Shown: positions 38,501 through 52,203, counted from the stretch's first letter. The stretch: DNA of 64,000 bases from Geosiphon pyriformis uo1 (GCA_016748015.1 JAAOMT010000181.1:69784-133783); one strand, 5' to 3'. The notes: generated from the letters alone by a model not told the origin. Numbers and translations: made by a program.

Positions 38501-38710
38501 CTAATTTACATATGATATTTGATTTTATGAGCAAATTTACTGCTGATTTGCACTCATATTTTATAAAAACTTGTACAATAGAACTTATTCCAGTGTACTG
38601 TGTTTTTATTGTAAGAAGATAGAACTTTTTGACCATTTGTTTATATGTGTAATAGACTCTGCTGTTTTTAAAACATTGCTTAATTCATATATAATTCAGT
38701 AAATAATTAT
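32578..38710 (+). mobile_element. LINE copy E, heavily AT-shifted, 3' end missing or interrupted; ORF1 ~32721..34507, ORF2 from 34504
   Basis: Colinear remnants of the 5' UTR, ORF1, APE (FTSGL), RT (TFVDDT), RNase H and the Zn motif, with many stops. Boundaries are approximate. Confidence 0.88.
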
Positions 38711-39704
38711 TAAGCTATTGAATTTTTTGTTAAACTAAAATGTTTTTTGGCTTATTTGTTTGTAATTACATTAAATTGGATGTATTTGTGCACGTTTTAT
38801 ATATTATTATATATATATTATATTTTTTTATTTTTATTTATTACTTTATATTATTTATACTATTATTTAATAATTAATTAATATATTATAATATTATTAT
38901 TTTTAATTTTTGTTGATTTTTATTAAGTAATAGTAATTATTATTTTTTTGTTTTTTTTGTGATTTGTGGTTTTTATTTTTTTATTTTTTAATAAGTTTAA
39001 AAGTGTTTTTTTATGAGTTAATGTTTTTGAGTGTTTATTTTAGTTTTTTGCTAAAAAATCAAAAAGATTAATGCTAGTATAGATTAATTTTGACTATTAA
39101 ATTAGACTTTTGGTAAAGTTTTTTGGTCTTGAAAATTGGTTAAGAAATAAATTAGGTATTTATGCTTGAATAAATAAAACTAGAAAAAAGGTAATTAAAA
39201 ATAATAGTTTAAAACTGGTTCTTTATTTAAGTATTTATAAGTATTAGAAAGTTGTTTTTAATGTATTAAAAGTTATATAAACTGATTAAGTGTTTTTTTT
39301 TGTCTTTATTGTTAGTTTCAAATTTAAATTCAAGTTTAAAAACAAATTATGAATTAGCAAAGTATTTTTTTACAAAACTTAACAATATTGTTATCAAGTT
39401 TTTTAAAATAAGTAGTATAAGTATTAATACTAATAACTTTTAAGTCTTTATTTGAGTAGTAAATTAAATTTTAAGAAAATTTTGCTTAATTTTAGTAATA
39501 TTGTAATCTTCAAAAAAATAATTATTAATTCAATTTTTAATATATTAAAAAAAAGTTTTTTTGAAAATTGTAATTCTATTTTAAATTTTAAATTATTGTT
39601 TATAATAAGTATATATTAACTGATAGTATTTTAGAGTTATTATGTTTGATGTAGTTGCTACTTTGATTTAATTGTTGTTGTATTATTTTTAAGAAAGCAC
39701 CAAA

Positions 39705-42700
39705 TATTATTAAAAGTTTTTTTGCTTTTTTTTATTGTTACTAATATTGTTTTGCTAATAATTTTGCTGTTAATAGAAGTCAATAAATTTCTAATAAGCT
39801 AATTTTTCTTTCAAAATATTTTTTTTATATTTTGAACTGTGTATACTATTGGGTTTATAATAAAATAACCAATTTTATACCAATTACTTATATAGTTACT
39901 TTGTAATAAAAATTAACTCTTTTACAAAAAAATTTTATTTGTAAACTTTTCAAAAATATGTGTAATTACTTTGCTGTAAAAATCAATTTTTTTATAAGAA
40001 ATCTTAACTGTAGACTACCTAATAATATAAAAAAAAATAAAAAATAAAATAAACTAAAAAAAAATAAAAAAAATATTTAAGAAAGTTATTTCAAATTCAG
40101 ATCTAAAAGTTACTAACAATTACTAAAATTAATAATTAATTAATTTTAAAATATTAGTATAAAATAACTAATTTTGAAACAAAAATATTTAGAAATTTAT
40201 GTTTTTTTCAAAGTAAGTTTTATTGAAATTAATTTGTAAAGAAAATAGTAATTCTAATTTAAATATATTTTTTTAAAAAAAAAAGTTTTTTTTTTATACA
40301 ACTTATTATAATACTATTTTATGATTTAGCACTCTTTTTTTTCTAATATTTTAATGAATTAAAAATACATTTTGTCAAACTACAAGTTATTAATTAAATA
40401 ATAATTTGAATAATTTAATAAGATAATAAGTAATAAATTAAAATGATAATATATGCTAATTAATAATAAAAATTATAAGAATAATTTTATGTTAAATAAT
40501 ATTTTAAATTTTGGCTAATAGCATAATTTTTTTCTCAAAACTAAGCTTTATTGAAATCTAAGTACTGTTTGTAATTTTCAAATAGTAATCTAATATTATT
40601 AAAAAAATTTGGTTTGAAAATTGTTAAAATTTCAGTTTTGTGAATTTTTTAATGTATTAAATCTTCAAGAGTTGTAAAATTGGGTTTTATAGACTGTTTT
40701 TACAAGTATAAAATAGATTATAGAGTCTAAAAACTGTTCTAAATTTGTAATAAGTGTTTATTAGTTTAGTTGTTATCTTAAATTTGTTATAAAGTTGTTT
40801 TTAAATAGCTTTAGTTGTAAAGTTTGCTGTTTCAAGCTCTAGTCTTCTTTTGTAAAATGTTTTTTTAATATAAAAATATCTATAAATTGGAAAATATTCA
40901 TTGTTTTGTTTATTAAAATACTGTTGAAATTTTTGTTAAATGATAATATTTAATAAAATATTAATAAGAGTAAATATTAAATTTTTTTTAAAGTTTGCTT
41001 TAAAAATTTTGGTAAATAAATTCTAAAATAATTTTTTGTATTTCTTTTATAAGAATAGTAATTTTGTGAATTTGTAAGTAAAGTTGTAATAAATTCTATT
41101 TGAGTATAATTAATATGTTTTTTAAAAATAGTTATGAATGATTTAAATAGTGTTTTTAAGATTAACATTAATTTTTAAAATAAATATTGAATGTTTTGGA
41201 AAATAATTATAATAATTAATGTAAATATAAATAAATAAAATTATTTTTGGTATATAAAATTTTTATATTATTATTTGTTTTGGTTTTTAATATAGTTTGT
41301 TTTGTTTTTGTGAATTTGTATCTAAAATATAAAAAATAATTATAGAAAAAATTAAATTTTTTTAAATATTTAAATTAAAAATTGTTTAATAACAACTATT
41401 GGTTTCAAATTTTGAGAAATATTTTCGAAATTAATCAAAAAAATTGTGTATTAATCTGTAGAGTTAAAAATTCAGAATTAATTTTAAAATAATAGTGTTT
41501 TAGTCTATTATTATATATAATTTTCTTTAAAATTTTATTATTAAGTTTTAATTTATATAATCTATTTTTTAGAATTTTGTATATATAAAATAATTTATCT
41601 TATTTATGATTAAATTTTTTATTCTATTGTTTTTTGGTCTTAATTTTGTATAAAAAAACTTTATTTTTAATTTTAAATTTATTAATGGCTGGTAGTAGTT
41701 TATTGTTATATTATTCTTTTTGTTAAGCTTAGGAGTATTTTATATAAGTAGCTATAATATATTATTATTTTTTTAACATACTAAGAAGTATATAGATTTT
41801 TTTTATAATGTTTTTTAAAAATTGTTTTCTTTAATTGGTTAAGCAGAATAGAATTTTACAGTAAAATTAATTGATAATATTGCTGTTTTTTTATAAATTA
41901 AATTAAATAGTATATGTTTTATTGTATCTTGTTTTAGTATTCTGTATGTTAGTAATATTGATAGAATAAAAAGATTTTATTTTGTTTAAAATTTGTTGAA
42001 ATTTTGGTTAATAATTCACAAAGTGTTTTGTTAAAATGCTTTATAAGTTCATTTATCTATAGATAATAGGACAAAAATAAAGGTTTTTTAATATTAGATT
42101 GTTTACAAATTTTTTGTATTGGGTTGTTTACAAAATGTGTTCTCTAATTGAATAAAAGTTTAATTAAACATTTATGTCTACAAATAATGTTTTTATGAAT
42201 AAAATTTACAACTGATTTTGTATTTGCTTATTAAATTGCTTTTACTTTAAGTTATTTAATAAGATAATCTATTATAATTACAATATATTGGTTTTTTTGA
42301 ATTGTAATAAATATTAATTTAATTAAAAAATTGTCCAGTTTTAATTAGATTAAGAGATTTTATAGAGTATATTTCTTTTTTTTTGGCAACTATTACAAAA
42401 TTTAACATATTAGTAAATATTTCTTTTTATTTGAGACCAAAAATAATGTTTTAGTGTTTTTTGAGTTGTGTTATCTCTTTTAAAATGTATTGTTAAGAGA
42501 TCTAAATACATATTATATAAGATTGTTTTTTTTTGTGTTCTTGAAATACTCTAAGTAAATTGTTTGGGTTTTTGTAATTTTAATAATAAATAATGTTATT
42601 ATGTATAAAATATTGTTTTGTTTGGTATTGTAATTAATGTGTTTTACTTAAAGATCAATTTTCTAGTATTATAAGTATTTTTAATATTGTTTAAGATTAT

Positions 42701-45700
42701 TATAGTTTTTAAAATTTATTGTTTTGTTGTTATTTATTAATTAGTTTGATTGATAATTGTGGTTTCTAATCTTGTTTTATTTTGAAGAAGCAATCTATAT
42801 TTGTATAAAATTTTTTTAGCTTGTAATATACAGTATATTTGTAATTTACAAGAAATTTAATTTTTAAATTTGTTTGATATTTATTTTTAAGTTTTTATTT
42901 TAAAGCTATTTGAGTCTAATATTATTAGTAATAATATCGAATTTTTTAAGATTAAAATAAAGATTAAAATAGTGTAAAGTGCAAATTATTGCTGTTGTTT
43001 TTAATTTAGTAACAAAGTAATATTTTTCTGTTGGTTTTAATGCTCTGTTAATATAGACAATTATTTTTTATTGCTTTAAGATAAGATAATATCAAAAACT
43101 ATATATAAGACATTTATAGCTTAGTTAAAATTTTTTATTAAAGTCAAAACAAACTAAAATTAAAGTTGTTCTTTAAGAATATTAAAGACTTATTATTGTT
43201 TAACTATTTATTTGTATTCAATATTTTTGTTAGTTAAATAGTTAAAAAATTTGGTAATTTTAGAAAATTTTTTAATAAATTTTTGATAATATAATATTAA
43301 TTCAATAAATTCTTTTAATTTAATAGTGTTTTGTAAAATTTTAAAGTTTTTAACAATAATAATTTTTTTTAAATTAGATTTAACTTTTTTTTTATTGACA
43401 ATATAACCAAAAAAAACCAATTTGGTTTTTTTAAAATAATATTTTTTGATATTTAATTTTAATTTTGTTTTTTATAATTATTAAAAAACTTTTTACAAAT
43501 GAATTATATAAGCTTTAAATAATAGTAAATAAATATCAATATTATTAAGATAAACAACTACTAATTTTCAAAGAAATCCAATATAAACAATATTTATAAG
43601 CTTTTAAAATATTGTTAATATATTATATAGTTTAAAAAATATTATATTAAACTTGTAATTTTTTTTTAAATAATGAAAGTTATTTTAAAATAATCTTTAA
43701 GATCTATTATAACTTGTTGGTATTTATTTTTCATCTAATATTGAAAAGTATTTTAATTTTCCAAAAAATTTAATATATTATTAATTTATAGTAAAAAATA
43801 GGCATCTTTAATTATAATATTGTTTAGTTAGTAAAAATTAACATAAAAATGTATTTTTTTATTTTTTTTTAACAAAAACTGAAAAAGTTTATAGATTTAT
43901 TAATAGTTAAATAAGTCTATTGTTAAGTATTTGTTGTACTTTTTTTTAAATAAATTAATAGTTTTTTGTAATAATTTAATAAACTTGTTATTATTTTAAT
44001 TTGATATTGTTCATATAGATTTGATGTTAAACCAAATTAGTTTTTTTCAAATTATTGTTATTTTTAGCAAATATGTTAGTGTATTTAACAATTAATTCTT
44101 TAAGTTATTTTTGTTATTATAGTTCTAATTATTCTATGTTAATTTAATATAATTTTTTAATAACAACATAATAATTTTTAGTAATAAAGATCAATTTAAA
44201 TTTCAAGAAAGAATATCTAATTATTTTTGTGAAATTTAAAACTATTTAAAGTAACTTTTGTTAAAAAATATTACTGTAAATAATTTTACTTTTTAAGTAA
44301 TTATCTAATATAATAAGATAGTTATTAAGATTATAAAATATAACTTTGAATTTTTTAATTTTTTAAGCAAATAAATGTTTGAAATTGAAATTTTATATTC
44401 TTTGCAAATTTGTTGAGTGGTATTAAGTATAAGCAAATATAAGCTTTACAAATTTCTCTAAAAAGTAATAGAATAATTGTTCTTGGTAATTTAAGAATTT
44501 GGTAAGATTTATTTTGTATATTAAAAACTATGTTTATTGAAACTGTAAATTGTCTAGTTGATTCAAAATTTTGAGTTTTTTTTTTACTTTTGCCAAGTTT
44601 TTCTTAATTTTTAACTAATTGTAAATTCGAAATATTAATTAAAAATAAATAAATAGCTTAAACAATTTTTTTAGCATTTAATTTTGAATAATTTTTTGGT
44701 TTTATTTTAGAGTATTATTGTAATATCTTTAATATATTCTGTATTAATAAATTTTATTCTAATATTGATTTTTTTGTTTTTCAATTGTTTTTGTTAAAAT
44801 TTTAAAAGCAATTTTTAGATTAATTTTTGTAAGCAATTTTGGCTTTAAAATAAAAATATTTTTTTCTGAATATCGAAAATTATATTTTATATTAATTTTA
44901 TGGGCTTTTTTTGGCTTAAATTTTTGCTTATTGTTGTCAAAATATTTGAAAAATAAAGTAAATTGGTTTTTAATAAGATAGATTAAAATTGTTAGAGCTT
45001 TTTTTTAATTTTTTCAAATTCAATTTCTTTTTAATTATCTTTAGTAAGTAATAATATGCTAAAAACATAGTATTTAAAACATTATATAGAGCATAATATA
45101 TTTTTTACAAAGTTAAATATTTATTTGTTTTAATTATTAAATTTGTGTTTTTTTAAAAAAATAGACATGACTAGAAATTAAATAGTAGAATTCAACTTTA
45201 TTTTCATAATTAAATTCAGTTAGTTTTATAATATATTCAATATATTTTGCCTTTTTTATTTAACAAACATTTACTTAGAATTTTTTATTAATTAGAATTA
45301 TTATAAGTTCATAAATTATTTTAATATCATGTAAATAGTAATATAGTTTATTAAAAGTACTATTGTATACTATAATAAAAATATTCTATATTTTACTTTT
45401 TCTAAAATAAAAAAAGCATATTGACAGATCTGATTGCAGACTTTTTTTATTATTACAATATTAACTTAGTTGTATTCTTTTAATAGCAATTTTTTATATG
45501 TGAAACAAGATGTGTTGTTCTATTTTCTATTTTTTTTTGAGCTGTCAAATTGTTTTTGATAGCAGGCTTTATAATAATAAAAAATACAAGTTTTTTTTTA
45601 AATAATATACAAACTTCTATAAATAAAAGCTTTTTGTTATAATTTTTACATTTAAGTAAAATATAAATTAATTGTTTTCTTAGATTTAGTTTTGAATATA

Positions 45701-46555
45701 GAACATATTAACTATTAACTAATTTATTTATAAAAATAGACTGTTAGCTTATTTTTTAAGTCACAATAATATTAATTGTATTATAAATGTTTTAAAAAGT
45801 TGTTTTGTTTTTTTAATCCAATTAAACCAAGAGTTAAAAATTATGTAAGTTTTAGTAATTAATTTTTTTTTTAAATTCAAAAACTAAGATTTTTATAGAT
45901 TGTTTATTAAAAATATTATAAATAATTAATACTTAGATGTATTGTTTTTGATAAAAAAATTTTAGTTTTTGAATATTTTAATCTAAATTTGTATTGGTTT
46001 TAAGAAGCCAATTATTTCTAATAAAAGCTTAGTATTAAGATATATTTATGATAAAAACTTTAATTAAAATAGTGATTCCATTAACTATAAAAAAAAAATT
46101 GACAATTTTTTTTATTGGTGTTTTTTTTATATTATTAACAGTGATAATTACTGTTTAAGTTAATTAGTCTACATTTTTTTTGAGTTGTTATATTAACTAA
46201 TAAGTAATAATACTTTTAACTAATCTACAGTTTAGAATTAATTAGATAGATTTTTTTTAACTTTGGCTTATAGTAATTGCTTTTTGTTTAAAGATTGCTA
46301 TATTGCTAAACAAAAAAAGTGATTTATTAGTTTTAAATTTAAATGAAAATATGTCTAAAATATTAGCATTTTTGGTAATTTTTGCTGGTAAAATTGTAGT
46401 ATAATTAAAGAAAAAGTTTTGCTGTTATGCTGTAATTTTACTTTTTAAAAATAAAATATAATAAAAATTTTGGTCTTTAAATATTGTAAAATAATTAAGT
46501 TAAATATAAAAGTATTTAAATGGCTGTTAATTGTTGTTACAAAGTATCAATTAAT
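39705..46555 (-). mobile_element. Gypsy copy G, hypermutated relic of the H family; 3' LTR 39705..40523; interrupted in gag by LINE F
   Basis: Colinear with H over LTR, PPT, ORF3, integrase, RNase H/RT, dUTPase, Cys-rich domain and protease. The differences are dominated by C>T/G>A. Confidence 0.88.
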
Positions 46556-46561
46556 TGTTGG

Positions 46562-49500
46562 AAGACTAAAAACTTCTTTCTTTCATTCATCTCAAATTCC
46601 CAAAAAAGAGTCCATAATTTTCTGAAAGAAGTTTTTTTTTTACTATTCAGCACAATATTTTTAAACTGTCTTTGCTTGATTATGAGACCACTATTGGCTC
46701 TAGTATTGCTGTTCTGAACATGTCTGTCATAAAGCCTGGTTTTAATGTTGGTGTCAAGTCTAATGAGTCTAGAAAGAAGAAAAGGAGTGGTTTTTTGGAG
46801 GACAATATAAGTAATAGAAAAATTGCTACTGCTAAAATGTCAAGTGGTCATTCATGGGGTTCTGAGACAGGCGATACTACTGAATCAGATAGTGTGGACA
46901 TGGAGGAAGAGTTTTTGGTTGAGGAGACCAGTTTTGATTATGGTGAAGGTGGTGCTACTGCTGGTAGAAACTTAAAACAAACTCCTAAGAGCTCAAAGAT
47001 TCAAACTAAGAGAGTGCTTGGCAAACCACTGGGGAAGATTGATTTTTTAAGTAATAATGATAATAATAATATTCTCTTGAACAAACCTGTGGTTCTTTCC
47101 CCCTCTTTTGAAAAATTTGATCAATGTTTTTATTAGAAAATCTTTTGCTCTGGACATAAGTTTGGACAATGTTGTTGGAAAATTCACTCAGAAAAAGCTT
47201 GTGGTGGTCAGGAAACTATTTTCAAAAATCAATGGTTTTGGGAGGGTCTTTACTCCTTCAAAATTTGCTGGGATCATTAGAGCAACATTTACTTCCAAAT
47301 TAAGTTTAATGAAAGCTATCAAGTTGACTACTAATGCAAAGATCTTGGTGAATACCAATCTAAAAAAATCATCTGGGCATTCAGATCAGGCTGTGATGGT
47401 AAAAGAAATTCCTGTTGAAACATTGGTTGAGGCTGTGTGCACTGTATTTTCTGAATTTGGATTAATTAAATCAGTCAAGATGCAACTAGTGAGCCTATGG
47501 CAGAAAGCAATTGTTGAATTTGAAGATCAGAATTAGGCTGATCTTTTGGCTTCTAGATAGTCCATTCTTATTGGGAAAGATGCTGTTCGTGTGGCTAGAA
47601 CCAATTTTAATAAACAAATATGAGACTCTAGGGATCTGCATAAGACACTGCTTTATACTCTTCCTGTAGGAACCAATGCTCATGATATCTGAGATTATAT
47701 TGGCTCTATAGGTGAGAAGACTTGTATGATTAATTGTCATCTAGTCACATATGCTTGAACCAGGTGTGTCATTGTTTGTTTTGGGTCAGCTGAATCATTG
47801 GATGCTGTCATGAGTACCACTCCTGTGTTAAGGAGTGCTTATCTTCATTGGTCTTATCTTGGTTCTGCTGTGTATACAAAGTGTAGTAAAGTGGGTTACA
47901 CTTTTTTAAGCTGTGCTTCTGGTGGGAAAATTTCTTCTGATAGCTCGTTATGTCGGGTTTTTTCAGATGCAGATAAAAACAGACTGGCAGCCATTTATGC
48001 TAAATGTTTGGTGCCAGTTTTTCATTCTTTCTCTTTTGGTGGTGTTTCATGAACCAAGATTGTTGTTGGGTCTTCTTTTCCTCCTCTTTCTGTTCAGAAT
48101 GTTTTGTTGAATGATGACTCCTCCTTGGAGATGAAGCCTACCCTGCATGTGTCTTTGGTATTGAATGATAGGTTTGCTGCTCTTGAGCACAGTCTCGTCA
48201 GTCTCACAGAGTGCATGGATAAGCTGGCTAAAAGATTGGATGCATTTGGGCCAACGGTTTCTCAGCTTAGCCCTAGATGTTAGCCATTGGTGACCTCTTC
48301 ATTACAGAATCAAGGGGCGAATATAGTGATAAGTGAGAGTTCAGGTGTGATCACTGGTGGTAAGACTGTTGCAGGAGTGGTGGTTTTTGATTCTGCAGTT
48401 ATATCAAAAATAGAGGAAACATTAAACAATTTTTTGATCACAGTTATGAGCCTTTCGGCTAAAATAGACAATGCTGGTTCAGTTCCTGCTATTCATTTTT
48501 CTCAATGTTGGATTTGGTTTGGAAAATTGCTATGTGCAATATTCGAGATATCAATGTCTCTGCTAAGCAGAAAAACATTGTTTGTTGGCATAGAAAATTA
48601 GGGAATTTGGTCTTGATTGTTATGGAAACAAAATTAAGGTCCAGCTGTAGGCCATGGATTAAGAATAGGTTTGATGGTGTTCAGGTTTTTACTTCTGGTT
48701 TGGATGCAGATTTTCTTAGTGCTGGAATGGCCATAATCATAAACATCTCTCTAGCTTATTATGTGTGTAAAATTTCTGAGGTGCCTGGTTGGCTCCTTTC
48801 TATTAAGTTGCTTTTTAAAAATAAGCTGTTGGTATCAATTTTGGGACTTTATGCTGGTGCTTCCCTGTCTGTTTGTTTTGCTCAAGCTGGTGAAGTCAAC
48901 TTTTTGATTGCAAAGACTATAAATGAGTTCTCTTTTGTTATCTTAGGTGGTAATTTCAATGAAGATGGATCTCACAAATGTGCTAGTTTCAAGAAATGCT
49001 CTGATTTTGGTCTGGTCAATTCTTTGAGTGGGAGCTCATTTGTAAGAGTGCCAACATGGAGCAATTCTTGGGGTGTCTCAAAAATGATTGATTACGTGTT
49101 TGTTTTTTCAAGTTTGGCCAATGCAGTTGTACATTATAGTGTTTTGGATGTTAGTGAATATTTTGACACCAATCATCAAGCTGTTTCTGTGTCTGTGAGT
49201 TTGAGTGGCTTGTTGGATGTGCAGTTGAATTTTTTTCACAAGCAAGCGAATAAAAATTGTTGGAAGTTCAATTTTAAGGGTGTTAATGATGCAATGTGGA
49301 CCAGATTTAAGGATGCTTCAGTAGCTAATGCTGCCATGTTCTTTGATGATTTTATTGCTTTCAAGTGATTTTCAAATTTGGATGTGATGTGAGATACTGT
49401 TTACAAGTCTGTTACATTATCAGCTAATGAAATATTCAAAAAGAAATGGTTTAAAGACTCTGGTCACATCTTTACCAAAGAATCTTCGAAGTTTCATAGA

Positions 49501-49689
49501 TTAGAACTTTTGGTTTCAAAGATTGTTAGGGCTTGTTGTGGAGCTGATGTTGACAATTTTGGTTCTTTTATGAAGTGTTGGTGTTTTTTGGACAGTGCTA
49601 AGGCTTCGGTCATTCAGGATTTGGTGGACTTTGGTGTGACTTTTAATTGTGTTTGTTCAGCTTTTTGTGTCATCAGAAAGTCTTATCAT
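46562..49689 (+). mobile_element. LINE copy F, 5' half (ORF1 ~46720..48508, ORF2 from 48505), interrupted by LTR insertions
   Basis: Has the 5' hairpin, ORF1 HSWGSETGDT and an APE domain. ORF2 similarity stops abruptly at ...RKSYH, where TGTTACC begins. Confidence 0.92.
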
Positions 49690-50666
49690 TGTTACCAGAT
49701 GAAATTAGAGATATTGCTTAGCATGAAATTACTCTTATAATTCTTATCATTAATTAGCATTTCAAATTATCACTTATTATATTAGCAAAATATCCAAAAT
49801 TATCATTTAATTAATAACCCAATTTGTACATAACACAAATGTAACCTAATTGTGATAATCAATCATGCAATATTCCAAACTATGTAACATTCAAAAAGTT
49901 TGCCGAAATTTGTAGAAATTTGCTGAAATAATTGATAGTTACCAAAATATCTAATAGTTCACAGAAATAACTTGTAGTTTGCCAAAATGTATCTCTAGTT
50001 TAGCAAAATTAAAGAAAATAGCAAAGTTCAAGTTTATAGAATAGTGTTATGACAAGTTGTATAAAAAAAGAGCTTCTCTCTTCGAGAAAATGTATCTTAC
50101 TTCAGATTTAACAATTAGAATTATCCTTTACACACAAAAACAAAATAAATATCAAATAATTCGAAAAATCAAATCCTTAATTATTTCTCTTTTGAAATTA
50201 ACCCATTCCTACTAAACAGTTTTGAAATTGATTAGCTACCAATTTCAATAAACTGTTAGTGACTTCAGGCCTGAATAGAAAACGTTTCTCTTAACAAAAT
50301 TCTATTTCTTTTACATTTTTTTTATTTTCTTTCTTTTATTTTTATTATTATAATTATTAGGGATAGCCTACAGACAAGATTCTTGTAGAAGAGTTGACTT
50401 TCATAGCAAAGTAACTACACATTTTTAGTGAGCTTCCAGACAAGCAATTCCTGGGAAAGAGTTGACATTTATTACAATATAACTACATAAAGCAACTGGC
50501 ACGGAATTGGCCATTCTACTGATAAGCCCAGCAGTTCAAATTATAGGAAATAATTTGAAGAGAAAATTCAGTTATTGAAGGTTCAAACACTTCCTATAAG
50601 TCATGAATTAACAACATTACAACAAACATACAAGAGCTAAAAAGAGACCAAAAACCTCCGGTAACA
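49690..50666 (+). repeat. Solo LTR of the H/G Gypsy family (977 bp)
   Basis: TGTTACC...GGTAACA termini. Reverse-complement homologue of 57308..58323. Flanks TCAT and TTGT are both derivable from a TCGT 4-bp TSD. Confidence 0.85.
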
Positions 50667-50670
50667 TTGT

Positions 50671-51493
50671 TGTTACAGGTGTTTACTTGGTTGTTAAAGT
50701 AAATAACAAATCTGTAACTTGGTGTTCAAGACTGTTGTTGATGATGGCAATCTGAAGGTGTGTTTATCTGAAGGTTTTGGTTGAGTTCTTTGTATAATAA
50801 ACAGAGATTCAGTGGTAATAGTTTTATCCATAGCTTTCCAAAACCACAGTTTTGTCAATTTTTTTCTTAGCATAATGGCCAGTGTTTTTTCTAGTAAGCT
50901 AATCTCAATCGAGTATTCTACCCTTATTTCTGGGTTTTTTACCAGTACTATATCCTAATGTCAGTACCCCGTATGTTAATTCTTAATAGAATTAGTAATA
51001 ACAACAATTAAGACAAGAAAATAAAAGAAATAATATAAAGAAATGAGCCAAGGCAATGTGCAAGTTAGTATCCATCAATAGCCATAATTAAGAGCCATTG
51101 TTCCAGTGTGGTTAAGTATCAATTGCTATCAACATGGAGTGTTAATAGTAAAGAGTGGATTTGGATGGTAAATAATTTATTTATTCAATATTTGTAAATG
51201 GGAGATTTCTAACTAAAAGATTCTTTTTTTTTTACTTCTAACACTACTGCTATATACATAATTGATGTTCTATAAGATTGCTCATATTTCCGAGCAATAT
51301 GCTATGATTTTTTGAGCAATGCTCACATTACTAAGTGATGTGCTCTAATTTTCTAACATTGCTCCATATTGCTGAGCAATATGCCATATTTTTTGACATT
51401 GCTCTATGTTGCTAAGCAATGTGCTCACATGCTAAATACTATTCTCTTATTGGTTTGCTATTTTCTATATCTGTTTTCTTTTTATGAGTAACA
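50671..51493 (-). repeat. 3' LTR of Gypsy I (823 bp)
   Basis: TGTTAC...GTAACA terminal inverted repeat adjacent to the PPT. Internal TTGCTC/GAGCAA repeat array at ~51275-51430. Confidence 0.85.
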
Positions 51494-52142
51494 TTATCTC
51501 CTTCTTTTAATATTGAGCTCTGTCGAAATCTTCATTTTGAATTAATTCTAATACTTTTTTTTCAAGTATTGTTTGTTCAACTCTGTTTTTCATGTTTTCT
51601 ATTTGTGTATTGTTCATTCTTCCCCATTGGTTAATGGTTATGGTTTCCATGTCAGAGTGTAACAGTATTTCTGGATAGTTCTGAAATATGTTGTGTAGTT
51701 GGTAAATTGTTCTCACATGTAATGTTGAGTTCATTTTTTTCTTAATAAATTTTTCAATTTGCTATATTATGTTTTGGTTAAATATCCTTTTGGATTTGTC
51801 GATATACAACTCTTGAATATTCAACTTTTGTCCTAACTGGTAGTAACAGTATGATATTGAAAGTTGTTCTGTCTATTGCTTTCAATTCTCTTTTGTAAGT
51901 TCTTCTGTTGGTGTTATAATAGATATTTTTCCAAAAGTGTTCTTTACTTTTTCTATTATGTTATCTGACCAGTTTTTATCATTCTTTGGTAACTGCTGAT
52001 ATGATGCATTCTTTGTCTTTCTTTTGGTGTTTTGATAGCAAATTGTTTGATTGTTAATGATAATTTCTATGTCTAAAGGTTGTTAACTTAGGGCCTAGAA
52101 TAATTGTTGAGCTATGGTATGAATATAATCTGGTATTTCCAT
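51490..52142 (-). pseudogene. Gypsy I ORF3, extra ORF of unknown function downstream of integrase
   Basis: MEIPDYIHTIAQQL...YCYYQLGQKL...VRTIYQLHNIF...QWGRM, with several transition-type stops. Positional and motif homologue of H ORF3. Confidence 0.7.
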
Positions 52143-52203
52143 TTTTCTTGGTTGTCTTTGTCGTGTATACTGTGTCTTTATATACTCTTTTATTGTTTGA
52201 TTT

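Noticed and set aside
40977-43420. Short K/I/F/N-rich ORFs in AT-rich DNA as real genes or organellar inserts
   Set aside because: They are hypermutated Gypsy remnants colinear with H.
46672-46717. Possible uORF MRPLLALVLLF* ending at the ORF1 start
   Set aside because: Its ATG occurs only in F. B and C have ACA and E has ATA, so the ancestor was probably ACG and the ATG is a deamination product.
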